DNA from: Deltaproteobacteria bacterium
GTDB lineage: Bacteria > Bdellovibrionota_B > Oligoflexia > Oligoflexales > Bog-1112
Length of the DNA: 64,000 nt
Direction of reading: 5' to 3'
Assembly (NCBI GenBank): GCA_947475005.1
Contig: CANJLI010000004.1
Span: 1,942-65,941, forward strand
The translations under genes and the position numbers were made by a program. The notes beneath the pieces were generated by a model. The model saw only the letters and a list, made by a program, of their open reading frames with translations, ran no database searches and had not been told where the DNA came from. This document shows positions 17,531 through 25,586 of the stretch, in pieces (within the stretch, counting starts at the first letter, position 1; the number at the start of each line of letters is the position of its first letter).

Positions 17531-17989
17531 TTATAACGCTTCGGTATGAACGGGCTGGCACATTTCTTGAACGAGACTAAGTAAGGTCTCGAATGCATGT
17601 GTTGGTTGTCCGTCTTTGAGAAAAACAGGGTAACCTCGAACCTCAACCTTGTCTTGTCCAGCTATGGTGTACGCAGCATGGACCCATGAACCGGTAGGGA
17701 GGCGTCTCTGTGGAGGGGTTTCGTTGGTAATGGTATAGTCCCCATGTAGAATGGAAGCAACCAGAGCACTCTGAGTCGGATCAGTCATTTCAAGGGTTGT
17801 ATTTTGGGCTTGAAAGTTACAACGCATCATATGCAGCATGGGAGTTCCACTTTCGGATAGGACAAATTCTCCTTGTGCTTGTCCCCCTCCATCACGGCGC
17901 ACTTCAAAAGACTGCAAAGGCACAGCAAAAAGTGAGGTGGCTTGCAGTAGACCCAATACGAGCACAGACCGATGCAGAAATCTTTTCAT
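17531..17989 (-). CDS. Small secreted protein, paralogue 2
   Basis: The signal MKRFLHRSVLVLGLLQATSLFA is identical to that of paralogue 3, and the family blocks are conserved. Confidence 0.8.
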   Translation of the reverse strand: MKRFLHRSVLVLGLLQATSLFAVPLQSFEVRRDGGGQAQGEFVLSESGTPMLHMMRCNFQAQNTTLEMTDPTQSALVASILHGDYTITNETPPQRRLPTGSWVHAAYTIAGQDKVEVRGYPVFLKDGQPTHAFETLLSLVQEMCQPVHTEAL

Positions 17990-18020
17990 GGCATTTTCCT
18001 TTATAGGAAGTTATGCCTAT

Positions 18021-18049
18021 ATTTATGCATATATATCAGTATGTTACAA
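18021..18049 (-). promoter_or_regulatory. Putative sigma70-type promoter of paralogue 2
   Basis: The minus strand reads TTGTAA-N17-ATAAAT, followed by a conserved leader with AAGGAAAA before the ATG. Confidence 0.45.
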
Positions 18050-18125
18050 GATGTAAAGAGAGGGGCGGGGATGTCCGTCACCCCAAAGTCCTGAAGGGAG
18101 ATCTCGTCCCTTAGCTAAAGTTGGC

Positions 18126-18590
18126 TCAGTTGTCGCCGGAGAAAAGGATTTTGCACTGTTTGTGAATGGCAGTTTCCAGCACACCCATTGCATTGGTTAC
18201 TTTGCCGTCTTTAATCAAGAGGGGGCGCTTCACCTCCACCTTCACGGTACCTTGAGAGTAGCCAGCGCTTAGCCATGTACCCGTCATGCTTCGGCTGGGA
18301 CTGCGGTCGCTTGCAATGGTGTAGTCGCCTTGCAGAATGGAGTGTACCAACATTTGCAGCTCAGCATTGGCTATCTCAAAGGATTGCTTTACATCTCGAA
18401 ATCCACAACGCATCACCTTCATTTCAGGCTTCGCCTCTTCAGAGAGGACAAAGTGAGCATGCACGGATCCACCTCCAATGCGCACCACTTCAAAATACTG
18501 CAAAATCGCAGGTCTTGCAGAAATAGCAAAAAGTGATGTGGCTTGCAGCAGACCCAATACGAGCACAGACCGATGCAGAAATCTTTTCAT
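18126..18590 (-). CDS. Small secreted protein, paralogue 3
   Basis: A 154-aa ORF that is highly similar along its full length to paralogue 4. Confidence 0.8.
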   Translation of the reverse strand: MKRFLHRSVLVLGLLQATSLFAISARPAILQYFEVVRIGGGSVHAHFVLSEEAKPEMKVMRCGFRDVKQSFEIANAELQMLVHSILQGDYTIASDRSPSRSMTGTWLSAGYSQGTVKVEVKRPLLIKDGKVTNAMGVLETAIHKQCKILFSGDN

Positions 18591-18620
18591 GGCATTTTCC
18601 TTTATGTGGAGTTATGCCAT

Positions 18621-18649
18621 ATTTATGCATAGATAACAGGTAGTTGCAA
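18621..18649 (-). promoter_or_regulatory. Putative sigma70-type promoter of paralogue 3
   Basis: The minus strand reads TTGCAA-N17-ATAAAT, with a conserved leader and AAGGAAAA RBS. Confidence 0.45.
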
Positions 18650-18675
18650 GATATAAAGTGAAGAAGCGGGGACGT

Positions 18676-18765
18676 CCGTCATCCCAAGGCCCCGAAGGGG
18701 CCGTATGGGATCCCTGCATTTTTATGGAGATCCCATACGGCTGCTGCGCAGCCTTGGGATGACGG
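18676..18765. repeat. A-family repeat, full 90-bp copy (nested palindrome / four-helix element)
   Basis: The structure is CCGTCATCCCAAGG | CCCCGAAGGGG | CCGTATGGGATC | 16-nt loop | GATCCCATACGG | CTGCTGCGCAG | CCTTGGGATGACGG. Confidence 0.9.
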
Positions 18766-18775
18766 ATGAAATCGG

Positions 18776-18863
18776 GGGATGAGATCGGGGACAGCTACCG
18801 AATTAGGGAGTTGAGGCAATTGCCTCAACTCCCTAATTCGGTAGCTGTCCCCGATCTCATCCC
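18776..18863. repeat. B-family long hairpin (variant arms)
   Basis: An 88-bp palindrome: GGGATGAGATCGGGGACAGCTACCGAATTAGGGAGTTGAGGCAA|TTGCCTCAACTCCCTAATTCGGTAGCTGTCCCCGATCTCATCCC. Confidence 0.9.
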
Positions 18864-18879
18864 AATCGCTAAAATCGTC

Positions 18880-19347
18880 TCAGTTGTCGCCAGGGAAAAG
18901 GATTGTGCACTGCTCGCGAATGGCAGCGTCCAGCACTCCCAGTGCATTGGTTACTTTGCCGTCCTTGATCAACAGGGGGCGGGGGACATTAACTTTCACG
19001 GTGCCCCGAGAGTAGCCAGCACTCAGCCATGTACCGGTAGGGAGGTTACTTTGCGGCGTACGATCATTGGCAATGGTATATTCCCCTTGCAGAATGGATG
19101 CTACTACCGCTTGTAGCTCAGGATTGGTAATTGCAAAGGATTGCTTCACATCTCTAAATTGGCAGTGAAGCACTTTCATTACAGGCTTCGCTTCTTTGGA
19201 CATGACAAAATGGGCATGCAGGGATCCACCTCCGCTGCGGAGCACTTCAAAATACTGCAAAGGCACAGGTCTTGCAGAAATGGCAAAAAGTGACGTGGCT
19301 TGTAGCAGACCCCATACGAGAACGGACCGGTTCACAAATCGTCTCAT
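18880..19347 (-). CDS. Small secreted protein, paralogue 4
   Basis: A 155-aa ORF with the signal MRRFVNRSVLVWGLLQATSLFA, collinear with paralogue 3. Confidence 0.8.
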   Translation of the reverse strand: MRRFVNRSVLVWGLLQATSLFAISARPVPLQYFEVLRSGGGSLHAHFVMSKEAKPVMKVLHCQFRDVKQSFAITNPELQAVVASILQGEYTIANDRTPQSNLPTGTWLSAGYSRGTVKVNVPRPLLIKDGKVTNALGVLDAAIREQCTILFPGDN

Positions 19348-19378
19348 GGCATTTTCCTTTGTGGGAAGTAATGCCCAT

Positions 19379-19407
19379 ATTTATGCATAGATAAAAGGAG
19401 GTTGCAA
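19379..19407 (-). promoter_or_regulatory. Putative sigma70-type promoter of paralogue 4
   Basis: The minus strand reads TTGCAA-N17-ATAAAT, with a conserved leader and AAGGAAAA RBS. Confidence 0.45.
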
Positions 19408-19505
19408 GATATAAGTCGAGGGAACGTCTATTTGTATGGTAGCCTACCTCGCTTCAAGTTTCCTTATCGTGTGGACGCGTCAGATATTTAAAAAGGATGG
19501 ACGAA

Positions 19506-20633
19506 ATGAACCTCAGAAATATGCTCCGTCAAATTTTGTTTCCCATTTTGTTGGGCATTACAATATGTAACTGCAGCAAAGCCGCAACGGAAACAGATCA
19601 TTCTTCCGAAAGCAAGATTCAGGAAAGCCGGGTCTTTCTTGAAGCCCAACCGTTTGCAGTTTCTCCTTTACTCTCACAAGAAAGAACACCTGTTCGCAGC
19701 CTTTTGGGCGATCGTACGTATTTTAATATTAAAACGGGCTATGCAGATGGCTTTGTTAGAAACTATGCTCCCATTGTGAAGGAAGACAGCTCGCCTTTGA
19801 TTTGGGATGAAAAAACAGCAGATCTTTTTATTTCAGCTTTCAACGTGCGGCTTCCACGGCAAGAACGAGAAAAGGCTGCGAGTACCGAAGTGCAAGTAGT
19901 AAAAAAAGAGTCTCCTGAAATACAGGCAGTACTTTTTCGCGAAGCTTCCCTTTATGTAGGAGAAGACGTAACAAAAGAAAATTCAAGTTCATTTTTAAAG
20001 TATTTAGGTGAAGGCGTCTTTTACTTTGTCTTTGGGATTCTGGATCCAAAAGATCCTGCCCGCATTTTGCATGTAATCAAAATCCGTAAGGAAATGAATA
20101 CAGCCGAAAGTCTGGCCTGGATTAAAAGAGATATCCTTGCGGCACATCTTATGACCGAATTAAGTGCACATGCCTTTTTTGAGAAGATAGGGCCTCTTGG
20201 AGAAGTCAAAAAGGAACCTCTCCTTGAAGTCGTTGCGGTCTCTTTTTCCAAGCACTCAGAAGGACGATTTGCCATTCATCAAAAATTTATCAATTCCATT
20301 CCCCTGATTCAACTTCTTAAGGCAACGAATGACCACGACTCTGATGGCTATATGGTCATCCGAAGACATCGTTCTCCTGAAATAACTGCCACTGCCGATA
20401 GCCATGCTCAAAGTTTCGGTTTTGACTCAAATATTGATCTTTATCGCCATATTATGGCCTTATATGATTTCTATATTTCCACCCACGCACTTGTAATCCA
20501 GTATATAGCAAGTAACGGTGGGAAAAATCTATATCACCCAGTGGATGCCAATGGTGCAAGTGGGTTTGATTGTAATCTCCCCAATATTTACTGGGATCCT
20601 ACCTCAAAACGCTTTCAGATTATCGACCTCTAG
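19506..20633 (+). CDS. Putative lipoprotein with protein-kinase-like motif order (hypothetical)
   Basis: ORF 19497..20633, with the start ATG 19506 matching the paralogue start MNLRN. It has the signal plus Cys ...LLGITICNC. The motifs are LGEGVFYFV, HVIKI, FDCNLPN and a C-terminal IIDL. Confidence 0.7.
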   Translation: MNLRNMLRQILFPILLGITICNCSKAATETDHSSESKIQESRVFLEAQPFAVSPLLSQERTPVRSLLGDRTYFNIKTGYADGFVRNYAPIVKEDSSPLIWDEKTADLFISAFNVRLPRQEREKAASTEVQVVKKESPEIQAVLFREASLYVGEDVTKENSSSFLKYLGEGVFYFVFGILDPKDPARILHVIKIRKEMNTAESLAWIKRDILAAHLMTELSAHAFFEKIGPLGEVKKEPLLEVVAVSFSKHSEGRFAIHQKFINSIPLIQLLKATNDHDSDGYMVIRRHRSPEITATADSHAQSFGFDSNIDLYRHIMALYDFYISTHALVIQYIASNGGKNLYHPVDANGASGFDCNLPNIYWDPTSKRFQIIDL

Positions 20634-20680
20634 AATTCGAGCTGGTATATTACTCTTACAAAGTTGAAGGAAAGTACGAA

Positions 20681-21544
20681 ATGAATCTTAGAAATGCTTG
20701 GGTAAAAACTTTATTCACTCTTTCGCTTAGCTTGGGTTTATCCAACTGTGCAAAGTTTAAACTGGACTCTTCTCCTGAAAAAAAGGATCCCTTGGGACCC
20801 CAGGTGGCTTTTGAAACCGAACCGTTTGCAGTTTCTCCTTTTATCTCCCCCAAAAAAAGAACACCTGTTCGTACTATTTTGGACAATTATACGTATCTTA
20901 CAAATCATTGGGATAATTTTAGGGCCTTCTATCCTCGGGTTGTAACTGAAGTCAAATCTCCGTTGGTTTGGGATGACAAAACAGCCGATCTTTTTATCTC
21001 GCCCCTCAAAGAATCGCTTGAAGTAAAAGGAGGCTCACTACCAAAATTGAAGAGATACACGCTTGCACGTCATGCAATGGCCGAGCTGCATATCCATGCC
21101 TTTTATGAGAAAGTAGATTCTCTTGGGGAAATCAAAAGAGAACCCCTCCTGGGGATTGTGCCGTGGGAATCAATAGAAGGAAAATTAAAAAAAATAACCG
21201 ACCATCCAAAATTCATCAATTCGATTTCCCTCAGCACGCTTGTGGATCTTGTTGAAAGCTTTGACTCGGATGACAATGTCTTCTATAAAAGAGACCCTCA
21301 AAAAAGAACCGTTGCGGATCCTGTGGCTCAAAGCTTTGGGTTTGATTCAGCTATTGATCTTTTCCGACACGTGGTCGCCTTGGCCGATTTCTATGTTTCC
21401 ACTCATGAACTCGTCAGAGAGTATGTGACAAGTAACGGTGGGGAGAATCTAAAAAATTGGGGGCTTCGTTTTGACCCTACCCACTACCCAATTTCCTGGT
21501 GTTGGGATCCTGTCTCAAAACGCTTTCAGACTACTGATTTCTAA
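20681..21544 (+). CDS. Putative lipoprotein, shorter paralogue of the preceding gene
   Basis: It starts MNLRNAWVKTLFTLSLSLGLSNC. It shares the blocks E-x-[QE]PFAVSP, RTPVR, KTADLFIS, QSFGFDS-x-IDL and WDP-x-SKRFQ, but lacks the Gly-loop and Lys region. Confidence 0.7.
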   Translation: MNLRNAWVKTLFTLSLSLGLSNCAKFKLDSSPEKKDPLGPQVAFETEPFAVSPFISPKKRTPVRTILDNYTYLTNHWDNFRAFYPRVVTEVKSPLVWDDKTADLFISPLKESLEVKGGSLPKLKRYTLARHAMAELHIHAFYEKVDSLGEIKREPLLGIVPWESIEGKLKKITDHPKFINSISLSTLVDLVESFDSDDNVFYKRDPQKRTVADPVAQSFGFDSAIDLFRHVVALADFYVSTHELVREYVTSNGGENLKNWGLRFDPTHYPISWCWDPVSKRFQTTDF

Positions 21545-22014
21545 GATTCAAGAATCGCGTCTCGTTGCTTTTTTCGATACTGTTCGATGGCTTCTCGATG
21601 CTCGGGGGATTCAACCGCCAAGATGCTTGCGGAAAATAGGGCTGCGTTGATGGCGCCGGCTTTACCGATGGCCATGGTGGCAACGGGAATACCCCCAGGC
21701 ATTTGCACCGTAGATAACAGGGAATCCAGTCCGTTCAATGCTGATGTCATGGGCACACCGATCACTGGCAGTAGCGTATGAGCCGCAACCACACCGGCCA
21801 AATGAGCAGCCCCTCCAGCAGCAGCAATTACCATTTTAACCCCTTTGTGCTCTAGGCCCTTCACGTAGTCCTGCAAGGCTTCTGGGGTTCTGTGTGCAGA
21901 GAGCACTCGGTACTCGTACGGGATCTTCAATCCATCGAGTGTAAGGGTAGCATGCTCCATGGTGGGCCAATCTGATTTGGATCCTGCAACAATTGCGATG
22001 AGTGGTGTTGTCAT
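21541..22014 (-). CDS. purE: N5-carboxyaminoimidazole ribonucleotide mutase (class I PurE)
   Basis: It begins IAIVAGSKSDWPTM and has the SAHRTP block typical of class I PurE. Confidence 0.9.
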   Translation of the reverse strand: MTTPLIAIVAGSKSDWPTMEHATLTLDGLKIPYEYRVLSAHRTPEALQDYVKGLEHKGVKMVIAAAGGAAHLAGVVAAHTLLPVIGVPMTSALNGLDSLLSTVQMPGGIPVATMAIGKAGAINAALFSASILAVESPEHREAIEQYRKKQRDAILES

Positions 22015-22041
22015 ATTTTGTTCCTTTGTTTAGGGTTCCAT

Positions 22042-22117
22042 AGATCGGGTCCACCTACCGAATTAGGGAGCTGAGGCAATTGCCTCAGCTCCCTAATTCG
22101 GTAGGTGGACCCGATCT
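22042..22117. repeat. B-family long hairpin between purH and purE
   Basis: A 76-bp perfect palindrome: AGATCGGGTCCACCTACCGAATTAGGGAGCTGAGGCAA|TTGCCTCAGCTCCCTAATTCGGTAGGTGGACCCGATCT. Confidence 0.9.
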
Positions 22118-22133
22118 CAACCCCCGGTTTCAT

Positions 22134-23684
22134 CTAATGCCTAAAGCAGCGCGTTCCCGTAAATATCATAACTATATTGTGCGTGTCACAGGCTTCGATC
22201 ACTTCTGCATCGCGAATGGACCCTCCGGGTTGAATGATGCCCTGAATCCCTGCCGCAGCAATTCGATCGATGCTATCTCGAAAGGGAAAGAACGCATCCG
22301 AAGCCAAGACAGCCTGATCCAAAGGCCCCGAGGCTTTTCGAATCGCAAGTTCCACTGCATCTACGCGAGACACTTGACCTGCCCCAATACCCATGGTTTG
22401 GGTGTCGGAAGTAATCACGATGGCATTGGATTTCACATGTTTGACAGCGCGCCATGCAAAAAGCAGTTTTTGCAATTCTGCATCTGTAGGCTTTCGCTTT
22501 GTGGGATAGGTAAGTGCATCCATCGAAAGGGCAGGTGATATTTTTTCTTGGACCAAAACACCCCCTTCTATGGATTGATACTGCCAGTGAGTCTCCAGAT
22601 TCTGTTTTTTGGATCCCAATTCGAGTATGCGTAAATTTGGTTTTTTCGAGAAAATCTCCAAGGATTCGAGTGAAAAACTAGGTGCAAGGATCACTTCAAA
22701 AAACTGCTTCGAGAGGGCCTGTGCGGTTTCAGTATCACAAGATCGATTGAGAGCCACAATCCCCCCAAATGCAGACAGAGAATCTGCAGACCAAGCTTTG
22801 AGAAAAGCTTCAAGGGGGGAACTTGCCTGTGCAATGGCACAGGGATTTGCATGCTTGATGATCACGCAAGCAGGCTTTGCAAATTCCTCCACACAGGCTT
22901 GGGCTGCATCTGCATCCACCAGGTTGTTATAGGAAAGCACTTTGCCTTGGTGTTGAATTGCATCTAGCAGACCTTCTTTCGAAGAATCTAGGGTATACAC
23001 GCAAGCTTTTTGATCAGGATTTTCTCCATAGCGCAGGTCATATTTTTTCGTAAGGGGAATGGACAAGGCTGTGGGGAACTCGCTTGTAGACTCCTCCTTT
23101 TTATCCCCTAGGTAGTCATAAATAACAGCATCATAGTCACAGGTGTGTTTAAATGCTTTTCTTGCAAAGCTTTTGCGAGAATCGAAGTCAATCTCCTGTT
23201 TTTCACCGAGTAGATGAATCAGCGTGTCATAATCTGAGGGGTCCACGATGACGGTAACGGATTCCATATTCTTAGCAGCAGATCGGATCATGGCGGGACC
23301 TCCGATGTCGATCTGTTCGATAGCCGCCTCGAAGGGCGTAGAGGTGTCTTGAATGGTCTTCGAAAACGGATACAAATTCACCACAACCAAATCAATCCAA
23401 TCGATCCCGTGGGTCTTTGCTACTTCTGCGTGAACCGTACGTCGACCTAAAATCCCTCCGTGAATGCGGGGGTGAAGAGTTTTTACCCTTCCATCCATAA
23501 TTTCCGGAAAGCCCGTGCGCGTGGATACTTCCATGGCAGGAATATTGGCTTCCCGTAACGCAGAGTAGGTCCCTCCAGTGGACAAGAGTTCAATCCCAAA
23601 TTCATGAAGTTGCTTAGCAAAGGGGATCAGCCCTTGTTTGTCAGAAACCGAAATCAAGGCACGTTTAATGGTGGCAGCATGCAT
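22134..23684 (-). CDS. purH: Bifunctional AICAR formyltransferase / IMP cyclohydrolase
   Basis: ORF 22134..23723, with the start set to ATG 23684 (MHAATIKRALISVSDKQGL, a typical PurH N-terminus). The C-terminus FTGTRCFRH is typical. Confidence 0.92.
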   Translation of the reverse strand: MHAATIKRALISVSDKQGLIPFAKQLHEFGIELLSTGGTYSALREANIPAMEVSTRTGFPEIMDGRVKTLHPRIHGGILGRRTVHAEVAKTHGIDWIDLVVVNLYPFSKTIQDTSTPFEAAIEQIDIGGPAMIRSAAKNMESVTVIVDPSDYDTLIHLLGEKQEIDFDSRKSFARKAFKHTCDYDAVIYDYLGDKKEESTSEFPTALSIPLTKKYDLRYGENPDQKACVYTLDSSKEGLLDAIQHQGKVLSYNNLVDADAAQACVEEFAKPACVIIKHANPCAIAQASSPLEAFLKAWSADSLSAFGGIVALNRSCDTETAQALSKQFFEVILAPSFSLESLEIFSKKPNLRILELGSKKQNLETHWQYQSIEGGVLVQEKISPALSMDALTYPTKRKPTDAELQKLLFAWRAVKHVKSNAIVITSDTQTMGIGAGQVSRVDAVELAIRKASGPLDQAVLASDAFFPFRDSIDRIAAAGIQGIIQPGGSIRDAEVIEACDTHNIVMIFTGTRCFRH

Positions 23685-24264
23685 GGATGGGATCTCTTTT
23701 GCTGAGGAGGTGAATCGCATCAACGAGGGATTCTGCCTCTAGTTGTTGTACGCGAGCTTTAAGTATTTCAGGGGTATCTTCTGCGAGTACAGGGCATTTT
23801 TTTTGCACCACAATGGGGCCGCCATCCACAATTTCCGTTACTTCATGGACGGTGCATCCCGTTTCACTTACTCCGGATTGCAGAACAGCTTCATGGACCG
23901 CAAGATCCATTTTTTTCGCAAAAGCAGGAAGTAACGATGGATGTACATTCAAAATACGGTGCTTCCATGTTGCGATGAAAGGGACAGATAAAATGCGCAT
24001 ATAGCCAATCAACAAAATGAAGTCGACCCCGTATTCTTGAAATTGTAACGAAATACGCTCATCGTATTGCTCTCGGGTTAATCCCTTGGAGTCGATAAAA
24101 AAAGCAGGGATTTCGTGCGCTCTGGCTTTTTCCAAAATGAGCGCATCTTTTCGGTTGCTAACCACAAGAGCCAAATGAGCTGATAAAGTTTGCTCTGCTC
24201 TGGCTTCGAGAATTTTCTGCATGGAAGTGCCGCGCGTGGATCCTAAGATCCCAAATTTGATCAT
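23665..24264 (-). CDS. purN: Phosphoribosylglycinamide formyltransferase
   Basis: A 199-aa ORF with the NVHPSLLPAF block and a 4-nt start/stop overlap with purD. Confidence 0.9.
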   Translation of the reverse strand: MIKFGILGSTRGTSMQKILEARAEQTLSAHLALVVSNRKDALILEKARAHEIPAFFIDSKGLTREQYDERISLQFQEYGVDFILLIGYMRILSVPFIATWKHRILNVHPSLLPAFAKKMDLAVHEAVLQSGVSETGCTVHEVTEIVDGGPIVVQKKCPVLAEDTPEILKARVQQLEAESLVDAIHLLSKRDPIHACCHH

Positions 24265-25586
24265 GACAGCCCCTGCTCCCGTATCCTCTCCATCATGGAA
24301 ATACGATGCCCAATTAAGGTGGGTGTCCCCAAATCCTCTCGATGAAAAAGGGGGCCTTCAATGCGACAGATTTCAGCCTCTGCGATTTGCTCTGCCTGCG
24401 AAATCGTAGGGGCAATACCTACAACGGCAACAGTTCTCGATCCAGTAGCCCACAATTTCCCCTCATCTTCATGCACACCCCCCAGGTACAGCTGGTCTTT
24501 ATTTTGTACCTGAGAAATACAAAAAGACGCTGGAGTGGGGGTAGAATCTGGATATCCAACCGGTACTGCGTATTTACAAACTGTAGCTAGGTTTTTAAAT
24601 CGAACTTGGTCAGAAGAAAGAGAACCTCGAGCTAACGACGTACATAACTCTACAAAGTCGCAATCGAGAATGGACAATAAATTGAGAACTTCCGGGTCTC
24701 CGAATCGAGCGTTGTATTCAATCACATATACGCCTTTTTTAGTTGCAATGAAGCTTCCGTATAAAATGCCTCGATATGGCTCCTGGCATTCTTCTTGTAA
24801 GGCCTTTCGCACGGACTCGTTAATCTGTTGTGCAGCTTCAATTTCGGCCGGTAGTAGAAAAGGAAGACCATGATTTGCATCGGAGTAACTTCCCATGCCT
24901 CCGGTGTTGGGCCCTGTATCACCCGCAAAGGCACGCTTGTGATCTTGCACCACCGGCATGGGAAACAAACGTTCCCCATCACAAAAGTTAAGCAAAGAAA
25001 ATTCTTGGCCTACCAATTTTTCTTCGATCACAAAGGATAAACCTTTGCCATAGAGTTCCATGCAAAATTGAAAGGCTTCCTCGATAGAGTGTAGGTGCTC
25101 ACCTGCAACTTTGACGCCCTTGCCTCCCATTAATCCATCTGCTTTTACTACGTAGTTGCCCTCTCCCAAAGTTTGTAAGAAAGGCAGAGCTCCGGATAGC
25201 TCTGTAAAAAATTGATACTGGGGCGTACCTGGGATTTGGTGCTTTTTACAAAGCTCTCGGGTAAACCCTTTGCTGGTTTCCAGTTGGGCAGATTTTTTTT
25301 GAGGCCCTACAACCAAAATACCGTGCTGCAAGAGCAAATCGGCAAGTCCTTGTTCAAGGGGTGCCTCCGGCCCAATGATGGCAAGATTAATCTTCCAAGT
25401 TAACGCTTGTGCAAGTACTGCCTCTACATTTCGGATGTCCACCACAGCTGAGGTGGTAGTCCATTGCAAAATCCCAGGATGGATAGAGGTCGCACAGCAA
25501 AACAAAGTGCTTTTAGTGGGAGACTGCGCGAGGGTTTTCAGCAGAATATGTTCACGAGCCCCTGAGCCTACGACGAGAATGTTCAT
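24261..25586 (-). CDS. purD: Phosphoribosylamine-glycine ligase
   Basis: It begins MNILVVGSGAREH and has an ATP-grasp body. The ORF-track start at 25592 is a TTG, so I prefer ATG 25586. Confidence 0.92.
   Translation of the reverse strand: MNILVVGSGAREHILLKTLAQSPTKSTLFCCATSIHPGILQWTTTSAVVDIRNVEAVLAQALTWKINLAIIGPEAPLEQGLADLLLQHGILVVGPQKKSAQLETSKGFTRELCKKHQIPGTPQYQFFTELSGALPFLQTLGEGNYVVKADGLMGGKGVKVAGEHLHSIEEAFQFCMELYGKGLSFVIEEKLVGQEFSLLNFCDGERLFPMPVVQDHKRAFAGDTGPNTGGMGSYSDANHGLPFLLPAEIEAAQQINESVRKALQEECQEPYRGILYGSFIATKKGVYVIEYNARFGDPEVLNLLSILDCDFVELCTSLARGSLSSDQVRFKNLATVCKYAVPVGYPDSTPTPASFCISQVQNKDQLYLGGVHEDEGKLWATGSRTVAVVGIAPTISQAEQIAEAEICRIEGPLFHREDLGTPTLIGHRISMMERIREQGLS

Noticed and set aside
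18676-18765. The cloverleaf-shaped fold of the A element raised the possibility of a tRNA or tRNA-like gene.
   Set aside because: The element is a near-perfect DNA palindrome, so both strands fold alike. It lacks T-loop (GTTCRANYC) and D-loop consensus and any anticodon-loop geometry, and it is present in multiple copies and half copies.
21541-22014. The absence of purK from the operon might mean purE is a class II (AIR carboxylase) enzyme.
   Set aside because: The sequence has SAHRTP, which I associate with class I mutases (class II enzymes have SAHK at that position). purK and purB are more likely encoded elsewhere. This cannot be decided within this window.
22080-22538. A 152-aa plus-strand ORF starts inside the B hairpin and runs antisense into purH.
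   Set aside because: Its N-terminus is repeat-encoded (MPQLPNSVGGPDL, also seen in other repeat-derived ORFs), and the rest is antisense to the conserved PurH C-terminus.
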